A DNA stretch of 64,000 bases from an uncultured Spirochaetota bacterium (GTDB lineage Bacteria > Spirochaetota > Brevinematia > Brevinematales > JAOACQ01), in the NCBI GenBank assembly GCA_963835575.1, contig CAWIGG010000005.1, forward strand, positions 288,001 to 352,000. The letters run 5' to 3'. This document shows, in pieces, positions 50,182 through 59,946 of this stretch. Numbering within the stretch: position 1 is the first letter of the stretch; each line of letters starts with the position of its first letter. A program made the translations under genes and the position numbers. Below the pieces are notes generated by a model. The model searched no databases, was not told the DNA's origin, and saw only the letters and a list, made by a program, of their open reading frames with translations.

Positions 50182-50604
50182 ATGTTGAGAAAAAGATCGG
50201 AAAAAAAACACATGATGGTGGAAATCAATATAACGCCGTTTACCGACGTTGTTCTGGTTCTGCTCATTATTTTTATGATAGCCACGCCGCTTATATACCA
50301 GGGTAAGATTAAAATCAATCTGCCTGAGACTAAAAATTCAAAAACAGAAGATAAGCCGATGAAAATGACAATTCAGATAAGCGAACAGGGCTCGATTTAT
50401 ATTGATGATGTGGAATATAAATTGCCCAATGAAATCGATAAACTGAAAACAAAAATTCTCAATACGGTCGGTAATAACGAAAATGCGGCGGTAGTCATCA
50501 ACGGCGACAGGAACTGCAGGTATACATATATCATAGGCGTGATTGATGTTATAAAAGAACTGGGCATAAAACGGATTATGCTTGGCACTGAAATAAGAAG
50601 ATGA
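50182..50604 (+). CDS. exbD: ExbD/TolR protein
   Basis: EINITPFTDVVLVLLIIFMIATP. Confidence 0.9.
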   Translation: MLRKRSEKKHMMVEINITPFTDVVLVLLIIFMIATPLIYQGKIKINLPETKNSKTEDKPMKMTIQISEQGSIYIDDVEYKLPNEIDKLKTKILNTVGNNENAAVVINGDRNCRYTYIIGVIDVIKELGIKRIMLGTEIRR

Positions 50605-50619
50605 AATAAAGGTGTTGAT

Positions 50620-51186
50620 ATGAAATTTATTCATTTTGCGGGAATATCTATTATTGCTCACTCCCTTATATTATTGTTAATGGTTTTAAGGGTTCAATTC
50701 GCGTTCATTAACACTAATGATAATTCTTTTGTGCAGATCAGCGATAACCAGCCGGCCCATGAATCAAAACCTTACAAACCTTTTGTCATGAATTCTGACG
50801 ATTCAGGTATGCAAAAGAAAAAACCTGTTATCATCACCAACCAGCAGGAACTGCAGAAAGATGATGATGAGCCTTCCAGCGGCAATAATTACGGCAATTA
50901 TGTCCCTTTTTATCTGGTGGAGGAACTTCCCCAGCCGGTTACGCCTATAAACCCGAAATATCCTGAAGAAGCGAGAAGGATTGGTGTTGAAGGAAGGGTC
51001 ATGCTTTTGATCTATATTGATGAGAACGGAAATGTGAAAAAAGTGGAAGTACAAAAATCGCCGAATGAAATACTGTCTGATTCCGCTTTAAAAGCCGTCA
51101 ACGCGGTCAAGTTCAAACCCGCTAAAATCGGCGGTATTGCAAGGGCCGTCTGCATGCAGCTGACGCTGCGTTTCCATCTGGAATAA
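50620..51186 (+). CDS. tonB: Energy transducer TonB
   Basis: N-terminal TM with SxxxH; PKYPEEARRIGVEGRV..FKPA. Confidence 0.9.
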   Translation: MKFIHFAGISIIAHSLILLLMVLRVQFAFINTNDNSFVQISDNQPAHESKPYKPFVMNSDDSGMQKKKPVIITNQQELQKDDDEPSSGNNYGNYVPFYLVEELPQPVTPINPKYPEEARRIGVEGRVMLLIYIDENGNVKKVEVQKSPNEILSDSALKAVNAVKFKPAKIGGIARAVCMQLTLRFHLE

Positions 51187-51227
51187 TAAAAACAGACTGT
51201 TAAATACAATCATTGGTGATATATCAA

Positions 51228-51285
51228 TTTTGATTACGGGCAGTGACTGAAACTCAGGGTTTTAGAACTGCCCTTAATCAAAATT
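51228..51285. repeat. Palindromic hairpin related to 60953-60989
   Basis: ATTTTGATTA.GGGCAGT..ACTGCCC.TAATCAAAAT; the second copy is GGCAGTTCAAAAAC..GTTTTTGAACTGCC. Confidence 0.55.
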
Positions 51286-51522
51286 CGGTTTTATTATGAT
51301 GCTTAAGTCCTTTCCAATCTTCTTTCCCGCAATCTTCAACAAATATTAAATCACCGGATTTTTAAAAGGCTTAGTCCTGTCTTTTTTGAGTATTCTGCAT
51401 TTATAAAATACAATATTTGTTAAGTTTGTGTAATTCAGTAATCTAATAAGACTGAACTATCAACTTTTAATAATCTTTAATACGCCTGTTTTATCTCAAA
51501 ATATTTTAAGGAGAACTGAATT

Positions 51523-52989
51523 ATGAGAAGAATATGTTTAACTCTGCTGCTTTTTGCCCTTTTTGTTCCATTTACCGCATTGCATTCAGCTGAGGCCGGG
51601 GCAAAAGAGAATGCCGATCTTAATAAATATCTTGATCCCGCTTTCTGGAAAAAGCAGGCGCTGGAAGACATTATCCCATTCTGGGAAAAAACAATAGATA
51701 AAAAGAACGGCGGCTTTTTTACGGATGTGAATAGAGACGGCTCCATCGGAAGCGAAACGGGAAAATACCCGCGTATGCTCTCAAGAATGGTCTTTGCCTA
51801 TTCCACGGCTTATCTACTCAGCGGCGATGAGAAATATCTGAAATTCGCACAGCATGGGCTGACATACCTGACCAACAACGGCTGGGACAAGGAGCATGGC
51901 GGCTGGTATCAATATATCAAGCAGGACAATCATCCGATGGATTCCGACAAGGATCTATTTGACGAAACATACGGCAATCTCGGCCCTGTCGTCTACTATT
52001 TCACAACTCATGACGCGAAAACTCTTTCTTTTGTCGAAATAACTCACCGGCTGATGCAGACAAAAGCCTGGGACAAAGATTTCAAGGGTTATTATGCCGA
52101 AGTTAATTCAGACTGGAGTACCGCAGGCACCCGGAAATCTTTTAACGCCGAGATAGACACATGTTCCGCCTATCTGGTCTATTACTATATGGCAACAAAA
52201 GATCCCGCTCTGTTAAAAGATCTGCGGCAGATCGCGGATACTGCCATAGAACACATGATCAATCCTGATAACGGCCTTGTGGGCGAATCGTTCAGCCGGG
52301 AATGGAGGTCCCTCGACCCCTGGCTCTGGGTGGGGCATAATCTCAAAACGGCATGGGTCATGATGCGGACATACTGGCTTACCGGCGATAAGAAATACGC
52401 CGATGCCGCTCAAAAAATAGCCGCGGCCCAGCTTAAATACAGCTGGGACAGCAAAAACTACGGCTGGTTTTTCAAGCAGCTTTCAAATAGCCCTTCCTCC
52501 GTTCAGGATGTGAAGGACTGGTGGACGCAGGAAGAGGGCAATGTCCTCATGCTTAATCTCTACAGGCTGAGCACAAACAGCCTATACCTGAACAGGTTTA
52601 AAGAATGTTCCTATTTCTGGGATAAATATATGATCGACCATCAGTACAAGGAATGCTACCCGACTGTTTCAGCGGAAGGGAATGTTCTGGACAACAAGAA
52701 AGGGCATCTTTATAAAGCCGGCTATCACTCGATGGAGCAGACTCTTTTTAACTATCTTTACACGAGCCTTTATGTCAAGCGGCAGGACGCCGAATTATAC
52801 TTTAATCTCTCGTCCGATGGAACTGATGAAAAGCATTATGTGAAAATCGTAGAGGCTCCGGATGTCATTATCAAGAGCGTGGAAATTAACGGGAAGGCCT
52901 GGAAGCAGTTCAATCCGGAAGAAGGGTACATCACCCTGCCGAAAGGGACCGGAATGAAAACTAAAGTCATATTCAGTGTGAAGGGATGA
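51523..52989 (+). CDS. AGE-family epimerase (cellobiose/GlcNAc 2-epimerase-like) with signal peptide
   Basis: IIPFW..DKKNGGF, SRMVFAYS, WDKEHGGW, GHNLK..W, WWTQEE, KAGYH. Confidence 0.9.
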   Translation: MRRICLTLLLFALFVPFTALHSAEAGAKENADLNKYLDPAFWKKQALEDIIPFWEKTIDKKNGGFFTDVNRDGSIGSETGKYPRMLSRMVFAYSTAYLLSGDEKYLKFAQHGLTYLTNNGWDKEHGGWYQYIKQDNHPMDSDKDLFDETYGNLGPVVYYFTTHDAKTLSFVEITHRLMQTKAWDKDFKGYYAEVNSDWSTAGTRKSFNAEIDTCSAYLVYYYMATKDPALLKDLRQIADTAIEHMINPDNGLVGESFSREWRSLDPWLWVGHNLKTAWVMMRTYWLTGDKKYADAAQKIAAAQLKYSWDSKNYGWFFKQLSNSPSSVQDVKDWWTQEEGNVLMLNLYRLSTNSLYLNRFKECSYFWDKYMIDHQYKECYPTVSAEGNVLDNKKGHLYKAGYHSMEQTLFNYLYTSLYVKRQDAELYFNLSSDGTDEKHYVKIVEAPDVIIKSVEINGKAWKQFNPEEGYITLPKGTGMKTKVIFSVKG

Positions 52990-53025
52990 CAGATCAAAGC
53001 AATTTATAAATACAGGTATTCAAAA

Positions 53026-53056
53026 AACAGCCTCCGCCTATTAAGCGGAGGCTGTT
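53026..53056. terminator. Bidirectional terminator
   Basis: AACAGCCTCCGC-loop-GCGGAGGCTGTT between convergent genes. Confidence 0.8.
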
Positions 53057-53077
53057 CAATATTTGTCATTAATGAAT

Positions 53078-54340
53078 TTAATTTCCGCTGATATTGAAAT
53101 CATCAATATAAGTTTTCAGATAATTGGTGGTCATAAAATCATAATATCCGCCGTCCAGTTTAATAGAACTGAAATGATCGAATGAGTTGTCCATGACGCC
53201 TATATTTATTAAATTGGAATTATTATTATCCAATAAGTAAAGAGAAAGATAGTTTGTAATTTTCAAGATACTGGCAGAATAAATATGGTTTGGATTAAAG
53301 AATGAATTGGTTTCTGATAATGTTGAAAAGTTTTTTTGTATTTCTATGGCTGAACTGGTAATATTAAACATATAATTATTAGAAATTCCGTCATAAACCG
53401 TAAAAATCAATTTACTGCCAGCATCCATTGTAAAAATGATTGTCGCTGTAAAGTTTGAGTTAATTCCAATTGTTCTATCAACAGGTTCTGAGAAGTATGC
53501 GCTGTTGCTGTAACCTCCCTGGAATACCAATTCCTGATTAGAGATATAACTGTCCGCTCCAGAACCGCTAGGTGAACCGGGCTGCATCCAGCCGTTACCT
53601 ACTATATCGGAATCAGGCCGGTTAAAATCATCATGAAAATTAAAGGCGCCACTGCCGCCGGCAGATGACGATGATGATGTACTCGATGCAATACTGCTGG
53701 CAACCGAACTATTTGTACTCGAAGCGATACTGCTGGCTATCGAACTATTTGTACTCGAAGTAATGCCGGAACTGGAGGTAGAAGATGAACTGGTACCGGA
53801 AGAACTTGAACCGCTTTTGCCTGCCGGCGAAGAATTAAGCTGTATGATATTATTGCTGTCCGGTTCAAAAACAGGAAAATAGCTGTTTAGCCCGTTATTT
53901 GTGGCATACATCACCATAAAATAGAAATAATTGTTCCCCGGCTGGCCGTAAGCGCTGATATCGATATTAAAATTGGTACTGATCGACTGGCCGCTGGTCA
54001 TCATTATAATTGGAATATTCGTAATCTGTTGATATCCCATAATCTGGTAAATTGTCAGCCCGCTTGAACCCGCCACATACAAATTAATCATGGCAACCAT
54101 ATCGGGGTAACCGAATCCCAAGCCGTCATTTCTGACGGTAACGGAAAAATTAATATTGCCCGCTCCATAGCTTATGGAAGAGGGGGCCGCCGCTGTTACC
54201 GCCAGGTCCATGTCGGTAGCAGCGCTTGAAGCGCTGCTGCCGGCCGGAAACTGAAAGTTACCTATATTACTTTTTATTGAGGCCGATTTTGAATTTTTTT
54301 TCAAAAAATATTTTTTATTCACATTTTCCAGGGATGGCAT
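53078..54340 (-). CDS. Extracellular-type protein: CARDB/Ig-like domain, Ser-rich linker, beta-sandwich; probably 5'-truncated
   Basis: DLAV..FSVTVRNDG..EPDSNN; SSTNSS(I/V)ASSIA tandem repeat; FHDDFNRPDS..GNGW; no signal peptide. Confidence 0.65.
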   Translation of the reverse strand: MPSLENVNKKYFLKKNSKSASIKSNIGNFQFPAGSSASSAATDMDLAVTAAAPSSISYGAGNINFSVTVRNDGLGFGYPDMVAMINLYVAGSSGLTIYQIMGYQQITNIPIIMMTSGQSISTNFNIDISAYGQPGNNYFYFMVMYATNNGLNSYFPVFEPDSNNIIQLNSSPAGKSGSSSSGTSSSSTSSSGITSSTNSSIASSIASSTNSSVASSIASSTSSSSSAGGSGAFNFHDDFNRPDSDIVGNGWMQPGSPSGSGADSYISNQELVFQGGYSNSAYFSEPVDRTIGINSNFTATIIFTMDAGSKLIFTVYDGISNNYMFNITSSAIEIQKNFSTLSETNSFFNPNHIYSASILKITNYLSLYLLDNNNSNLINIGVMDNSFDHFSSIKLDGGYYDFMTTNYLKTYIDDFNISGN

Positions 54341-54707
54341 AAATGCCTTCCGGAAACCGGTATCTATATATAATACGTTTTAGTGAGGCTGACTTTGAAA
54401 TTTTTTCAAAAAATATTTTTTTATAATTGATTTTAAACCGAATCATTTAAAGATTTTACATAAAATGAAATTTCGTTTATTATTTCCGGGACATTATCTC
54501 ATACCTAAATAAAAATATATCATAATTATATGAATATAATTAAGCGAAATTAAAGGGATTTAATTTAATTGATATTTTATAAGCAATTTACTATAATATG
54601 CAACGGTTTTTTCATACCGTATATATTTTGATAAATCCTTTATTTAGCCGGCTCATGATCGTTTTTCATAAATAAAAAAAACAAGATATTGTATTATGAG
54701 GTTGTAA

Positions 54708-55391
54708 ATGAAAAATATTTATGCGTCCATGTATGATAATAGAGATCCCGGTATTCTAAATAGCAGTAGAATACATAAAATGGTTTCGATTTTTGAAAAA
54801 TTAAATTTGAAAAACGGGAAAGTTCTTGACATCGGCTGCTGCGATGGTTCCTTTATATCGCTGTTGAATAAAAACAATAAATACTATGGAATAGAGGCCA
54901 GCGATTACGGCTGCCTGAAAGCTTCCAAGAAAGGAATTTCCGTAATTAAGTTCTTTTTTGATGATAAAACGCCCCTGCCTCATAAAAAGAACCAATTTGA
55001 TGTTGTGATTATCGGGGAGATCATCGAACATATCTATGATACGGATTATTTTCTTGAAGAGATTTACAGGGTCTTAAAACCGGACGGCCTTGTCCTGCTC
55101 AGCACTCCAAACATTGCTTCACTGGGAAGGAGAATAATGCTTTTATTCGGAATAAGCCCCAACATCGAGATATCGCCGAATGAAAATACCAGCGTCGGCC
55201 ATATCCGCTATTTTACATTCAAAACCCTGAAAGCATTCATGAAAAAAAAACATTTTATTCCCATACATCTTGTCTCTGATGTTGTAAACTTCACCATACA
55301 CGGCAAGTTCCATTCTAAAATAATCGCCCGGCTGTTCCCAACTATCGGTGCAAGCATAATCGGGGTATTCAAAAAAGAAAAAATAAAATAA
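54708..55391 (+). CDS. Class I SAM-dependent methyltransferase
   Basis: VLDIGCCDG, FDVVIIGEIIEH, RVLKPDG..STPN, HIRYF. Confidence 0.92.
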   Translation: MKNIYASMYDNRDPGILNSSRIHKMVSIFEKLNLKNGKVLDIGCCDGSFISLLNKNNKYYGIEASDYGCLKASKKGISVIKFFFDDKTPLPHKKNQFDVVIIGEIIEHIYDTDYFLEEIYRVLKPDGLVLLSTPNIASLGRRIMLLFGISPNIEISPNENTSVGHIRYFTFKTLKAFMKKKHFIPIHLVSDVVNFTIHGKFHSKIIARLFPTIGASIIGVFKKEKIK

Positions 55392-56048
55392 TTGAGCAAT
55401 TAATTGTCAGGAAGAAATTTCTTACCGGATTATTTTTAATACCTGCCCGGCATTAATGACATAAACCCCGCCTCTGTCAGCAGTCATAAAAGCGGTCTCC
55501 AAACCTGTCTGATAAGTCCATTCGTATTTACGCGCGGCGATATTATAAGAGTAGACTTTGCCGCTGCTTGACGCAATATAGAGATTATTTCCGTCAAGGA
55601 TAAATGAGGCCAACTGCGAGCTCAACCGGATCGGCGGCTCTTTTTTCCCGCTTAAAGCGTCAATTATTTTAATATACGAGCCGGAAGGCGTATCAGCGGC
55701 GAACGCGGCCTTTCCTCCTGAAAAGACCGGACTGAATGCGGTCCTGGAAAGCTCAGGAATATTCTTTCTCCATAAAACGCTGCCGTCGAGCGGATTGACG
55801 CAGAGAATTGTCCCGCCGGCCCTGTAAAAGATGATGACGGCATTATCATCGCCGAGAAGCGGGAAAACAATCCGGTCATTTACGGGATTGATCTTCCATA
55901 TTTCTTTTTTATTTTTCAAGTCATACGCGGTTATATCCCCTTTTTCGGTTCCGTATATAAGCAAATTTCCCTCTTTTAAAATCAGCGGCGTTGAATAAAC
56001 GGACTCATCCTTTTTCAATACGATTGTGTCCAGGAGCGTCCCGCCGCT

Positions 56049-57727
56049 GAGTCTGTCGCAAAAGCTCTTCATGTACATTTTTCATAACTTACGATAGAAT
56101 ATAATAAAACCATATTTAAGAGGTGTCAAATGCTGGGGAAATTCAAAAAATATATTCGCGATCAAATCTACTGGCTGACTGTCGATCCCGACAAAATCAG
56201 GGAAAACAATCCGCTGGTCAAAGTCATTGACGATTATGTTGAGAGCTATATTTCCCCCGCTGAATTTGCCGTTAAACTGCGGAATCAAACAACGGGAGCA
56301 AAAGCGGTCAACCCTACAATGATGCTGAAAGTCCTGTTTTACAGCTTCGCGTCCGGTATTTACACTTCACGTAAAATAGAAAAAAGGATGAAAAACGACC
56401 TGAACACGATTTATCTCGCGGGAAATACCACCGTTGACCACAGTAATATCTGTAGATTTATCAATAAATACCTGGATGAGATCGTTAGTATTTTCGGGAA
56501 AATGGTATACATTCTGGCGAAATCGGGTTTTATCAGTTATGAACTGGAAGCTATAGACGGTACAAAGATAAAGGCATCGGCCAACAGGAATTTCACGGGG
56601 AATGCGAAGGAATTCCGGGATAAAAAGGATAAAATCGAGGAAAAGATCTTAAAAATCCTCCAGGAAACGGTGAACAGCAATACCGATGATAAATATTCCA
56701 AAAGGATGGCAAATAAACTCAAGAAGTTTGAACAGCAGAAATCCGGGATAGATAAATTTCTGAAAACAGTTGAGGACAGGAATTTAGACGAAACGGAAAG
56801 CGTAAACCTGACAGACAAAGACGCCAGGTTAATGAAAATGAATAACGGATCAATCGGCCCCGGGTATAATTGCCAGGCCGCCGTTGACAGTAAAAATGAA
56901 TTTCTCACGGGCGCGATGGTATCAGACTGCGCAAGCGACCGTAACCTTGCTGTCCCGATGATAGAGGAAGTAATGGATCACCAGGAAGAGCCGAAGGAAG
57001 ACACAAAGTTCACGCTGGACGCCGGATATTTCACATCGGATAATATCCAATACGGTGAAGATAAAAAGATCGACCTTTATATCCCCGAAGGAAAAGAAGA
57101 AGACGGAAGTTCAAAAAAAAGAAAGAACAAGGATAAAATAACATCCAAAGACTGTGAATTAATAATTGACGGTAATATCAGGAAAATCAAATGCCCCGGA
57201 GGCCAGATTATGTGCGCGGAAAGAGCTTATAATGATCGGGGAGTCAAGAATTACCGTTTCTATCCAAAGCGTGAGTTGTGCAGGAAGTGCAAGCTGCTTT
57301 CAAATTGCGCCGGTAAGCTGGAAGCATTAAAAAACAAACGGTTTAATGTAAAGTATGAATATTTTGAAACGGTTGAATTAAGGCGCAAGATGAAGGAAAA
57401 GCTTAGGAGTATTGAAGGTAAAAGAACTTACAATGAGCGTGCCTGCCTGATCGAGCACATTTTCGGGACGATAAAAGAATACTTCAACTTCGGAAGGTTT
57501 TACTACCGCGGTCTGGATAGTGTAAACACTATCTGGCATATGGTCTGCATTGCGTACAATTTCAGGAAAATGGCGGCTTTGGGGATTAAATTGTAGGATT
57601 AGGGGCAGGAGATACAGTTAAAATCCGGACTGAATGATCATATTACCCGAGAAAGTTATAAAATTATTAAATAAGCCATTTTCAATATGACATCGCTGAT
57701 TCATTCGGCAGCTTTTGCGACAGACTC
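56049..57727 (+). mobile_element. IS1182-family insertion sequence, complete
   Basis: Perfect 18-bp IR GAGTCTGTCGCAAAAGCT; 4-bp target duplication CGCT (56045-56048 and 57728-57731). Confidence 0.95.
56130..57596 (+). CDS. IS1182 transposase
   Basis: PTMMLKVLFY..SRKIE, AIDGTKIKA, TDKDARLM, GYNCQ, LDAGY, IEHIFGTIK. Confidence 0.95.
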   Translation: MLGKFKKYIRDQIYWLTVDPDKIRENNPLVKVIDDYVESYISPAEFAVKLRNQTTGAKAVNPTMMLKVLFYSFASGIYTSRKIEKRMKNDLNTIYLAGNTTVDHSNICRFINKYLDEIVSIFGKMVYILAKSGFISYELEAIDGTKIKASANRNFTGNAKEFRDKKDKIEEKILKILQETVNSNTDDKYSKRMANKLKKFEQQKSGIDKFLKTVEDRNLDETESVNLTDKDARLMKMNNGSIGPGYNCQAAVDSKNEFLTGAMVSDCASDRNLAVPMIEEVMDHQEEPKEDTKFTLDAGYFTSDNIQYGEDKKIDLYIPEGKEEDGSSKKRKNKDKITSKDCELIIDGNIRKIKCPGGQIMCAERAYNDRGVKNYRFYPKRELCRKCKLLSNCAGKLEALKNKRFNVKYEYFETVELRRKMKEKLRSIEGKRTYNERACLIEHIFGTIKEYFNFGRFYYRGLDSVNTIWHMVCIAYNFRKMAALGIKL

Positions 57728-58453
57728 CGCTGTCATATACCATAATTCCTTTATCAATGGAAGGCACGGCAACCAGGCCGAAAGAGGCCGCCGGCGAGGC
57801 GCTGTATTTTTCCCTGCCGGCCGAGCTGTTAGACCAGAGTAATCCGCCGTTTATAGAATAGGCGTAAATCCCGCCTTTATCCGAGCCGGTGTAAATCCTG
57901 CCTTGATCTATAACTGGCCTGGTCAGGACGCTCTTTTCAGGGGCCGCTGTTACGGATCTTAATAAAATACCGCTCGTTGAAATTATTTTTAAAATATTGC
58001 CGTCGACGATATAAATATTTCCCTCATAAACCGCGGCCTCCTTCTCCACAGAAGAGAGGCTGATGGTTTTATTCCAGACAAGAGCGCCCGGCAGGTTTGA
58101 TCCGCCGCCGAAATTAGTCATGTTTCCATTTGTATCCGGGCCGGATTTCTTCTTTTCCGTCAGAACGGCTTTAATATCGACGCTGTTATTAACGGCATAA
58201 TTTTTTAGTAAATATTCCTCAAATCCGTCTTTGACAATTTTTATTTCCAGCATGCTCCCCCTGCCGTTCATCAGGCGCAGAGGCGTATGACCGGCAAAGG
58301 AACCGTTCAGAAAGACTTCCGCTCCCTCAGGCGCCGAGACGATATTCAATGAGGCGGCGTTATCCAGATTTTTTATGATATTTCCCGAGGATATTCTGTT
58401 AAGACTATTTTTTATATCAGCCGATATTTTTCCTTTCTCAAATAACCCGGGAT

Positions 58454-58741
58454 TTATTTTATTCGTATTGAATATGACAGCAGCCGGTATTTTTCAATCT
58501 GAGTTTCATAAAAGAGAAATCCATGGCCTATTAATCCGCCGAAAGGCGTTTCAGCCTCAATATCCGTCAGGTAGCAGTAACCGCCGCAGGCTTTCCTGAA
58601 AAATTCCCTGGAGCTTCCGGCACCGCCTTCTTTCATCCAGGGCATCGGCCGGTGCGTATCCCAGGAAACCCATTTTCCTGAAAACCGATCCAATTTGAGC
58701 AGCTCCGGGGCTTTACCGGGCCTTTCAAATAATTCGGCCAT
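58454..58741 (-). CDS. Short hypothetical protein, possibly degraded
   Basis: ATG with AAGGAGG RBS; no recognisable motif. Confidence 0.4.
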   Translation of the reverse strand: MAELFERPGKAPELLKLDRFSGKWVSWDTHRPMPWMKEGGAGSSREFFRKACGGYCYLTDIEAETPFGGLIGHGFLFYETQIEKYRLLSYSIRIK

Positions 58742-58779
58742 GATCGCCTCCTTATTGATTCCTTTTATAAAAAGGCCAT

Positions 58780-58815
58780 GTTCAAAGGCGACATTCGCGA
58801 ATGTCGCCTTTGAAC
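58780..58815. repeat. Perfect 36-bp palindrome right after the GT4 stop codon
   Basis: GTTCAAAGGCGACATTCG|CGAATGTCGCCTTTGAAC. Confidence 0.75.
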
Positions 58816-59946
58816 TTAAAATTTCTTTAAAACTTTCCTATAAACTTCAAGATGCTTTTCGGTAAACTTTTCCCAGCTTTCCTTATAGAAATCCCTTTTA
58901 CTGTCCGCGGCGGGTTTATTTTTATTCTTTAAAATAATCCCGCAGATGTTTTCTACTATCGCGGGATCGTCCTTTACTATAAAAACATTTTTATATGGTG
59001 GGCGGAAATTTTCATTTTCCGTCGTGATGATCTTGATATTCTGCGCCAGGGCCGCCAGAAAAGTCGCGTTGCGGGGCGAGACGCCGCTTTTATAAAGCAG
59101 GACAGCGAAATCCAGTACAGAAAGATAATCGGACACGGCTTTATCGCTTAAATAGCCGGTGATAATGCATTCTTTTTTAAGCCCAAGTTCTTTAATGTGC
59201 TTCATAAGCGCAATGACATGGGGGTTCTTCGAGTTTCTCTCCTCCAGATTGCCGATTAAAAGAAGTTTTGTTTTTATGCCGTAATCATGGCTCAGCTTTT
59301 TCACCGAATCGACAACCGGCAGAACGATCTTATTATCATTCATAAACCCGAAATAACCGAGAAGAAGAATGTTTTTACCGCCCGTTAATTTTGATTTAAG
59401 CTTTTTTCTGCCCTCTCTGTCAAGCGCGGAAGAAGGAATATTGGGCGCTATCGGAATGATTTCGATGGCCTTTTTTTTAAAAACCTTGCGGATGCCCGGA
59501 ATGTATGCCTTATCCGAAACGAGAACAGAATGCGCCCCGAAAATAGCGGGCCAGAGGCGGAGCCTTCCTTTAAAAGATAAATTGAAGGAATATTCATGGA
59601 TTGTAATGACAACTTTATATCCGGCCATCCTGAGAAATACCGGCAGGAGATTAATTGAAATATTCTTTTTATACTCATTCGTGGGATATTGGATATGGAC
59701 GATATCCGGTTTTATTTTTTTCAGCAGACGGAAAATCCCTGGCATTTCCCGGAATGTCCAGCTTTTGACAGGATCGTATACTTTCAAATTATCTTTAGTA
59801 AAGCCTTCGCAGTTATAGCCCTTTGTCGTGATAATAAAGGCCTCAATATTTTTCCGCGCCGTCAGGAAGCCCGAAAAAATGCTCACGCCGTCGGCTACGC
59901 CGCAGATATTCGGCGGCCAGGAGCCTGTGATCAGGCAGATTTTCAT
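58816..59946 (-). CDS. Glycosyltransferase family 4
   Basis: SWPPNICGVAD, PDIVHIQYP, ITIHE, GYFGF, TGYLS. Confidence 0.9.
   Translation of the reverse strand: MKICLITGSWPPNICGVADGVSIFSGFLTARKNIEAFIITTKGYNCEGFTKDNLKVYDPVKSWTFREMPGIFRLLKKIKPDIVHIQYPTNEYKKNISINLLPVFLRMAGYKVVITIHEYSFNLSFKGRLRLWPAIFGAHSVLVSDKAYIPGIRKVFKKKAIEIIPIAPNIPSSALDREGRKKLKSKLTGGKNILLLGYFGFMNDNKIVLPVVDSVKKLSHDYGIKTKLLLIGNLEERNSKNPHVIALMKHIKELGLKKECIITGYLSDKAVSDYLSVLDFAVLLYKSGVSPRNATFLAALAQNIKIITTENENFRPPYKNVFIVKDDPAIVENICGIILKNKNKPAADSKRDFYKESWEKFTEKHLEVYRKVLKKF

Larger units (their letters stand above)
55422..58490 (-). pseudogene. PEGA domain + PQQ-like beta-propeller protein, interrupted by IS1182 and 5'-degraded
   Basis: IVSAPEGAEVFLNG..GHTPL PEGA; propeller repeats on both sides; removing the IS restores VYDSGGTLL; upstream frame ends in TGA with no clear start. 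Confidence 0.8.
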
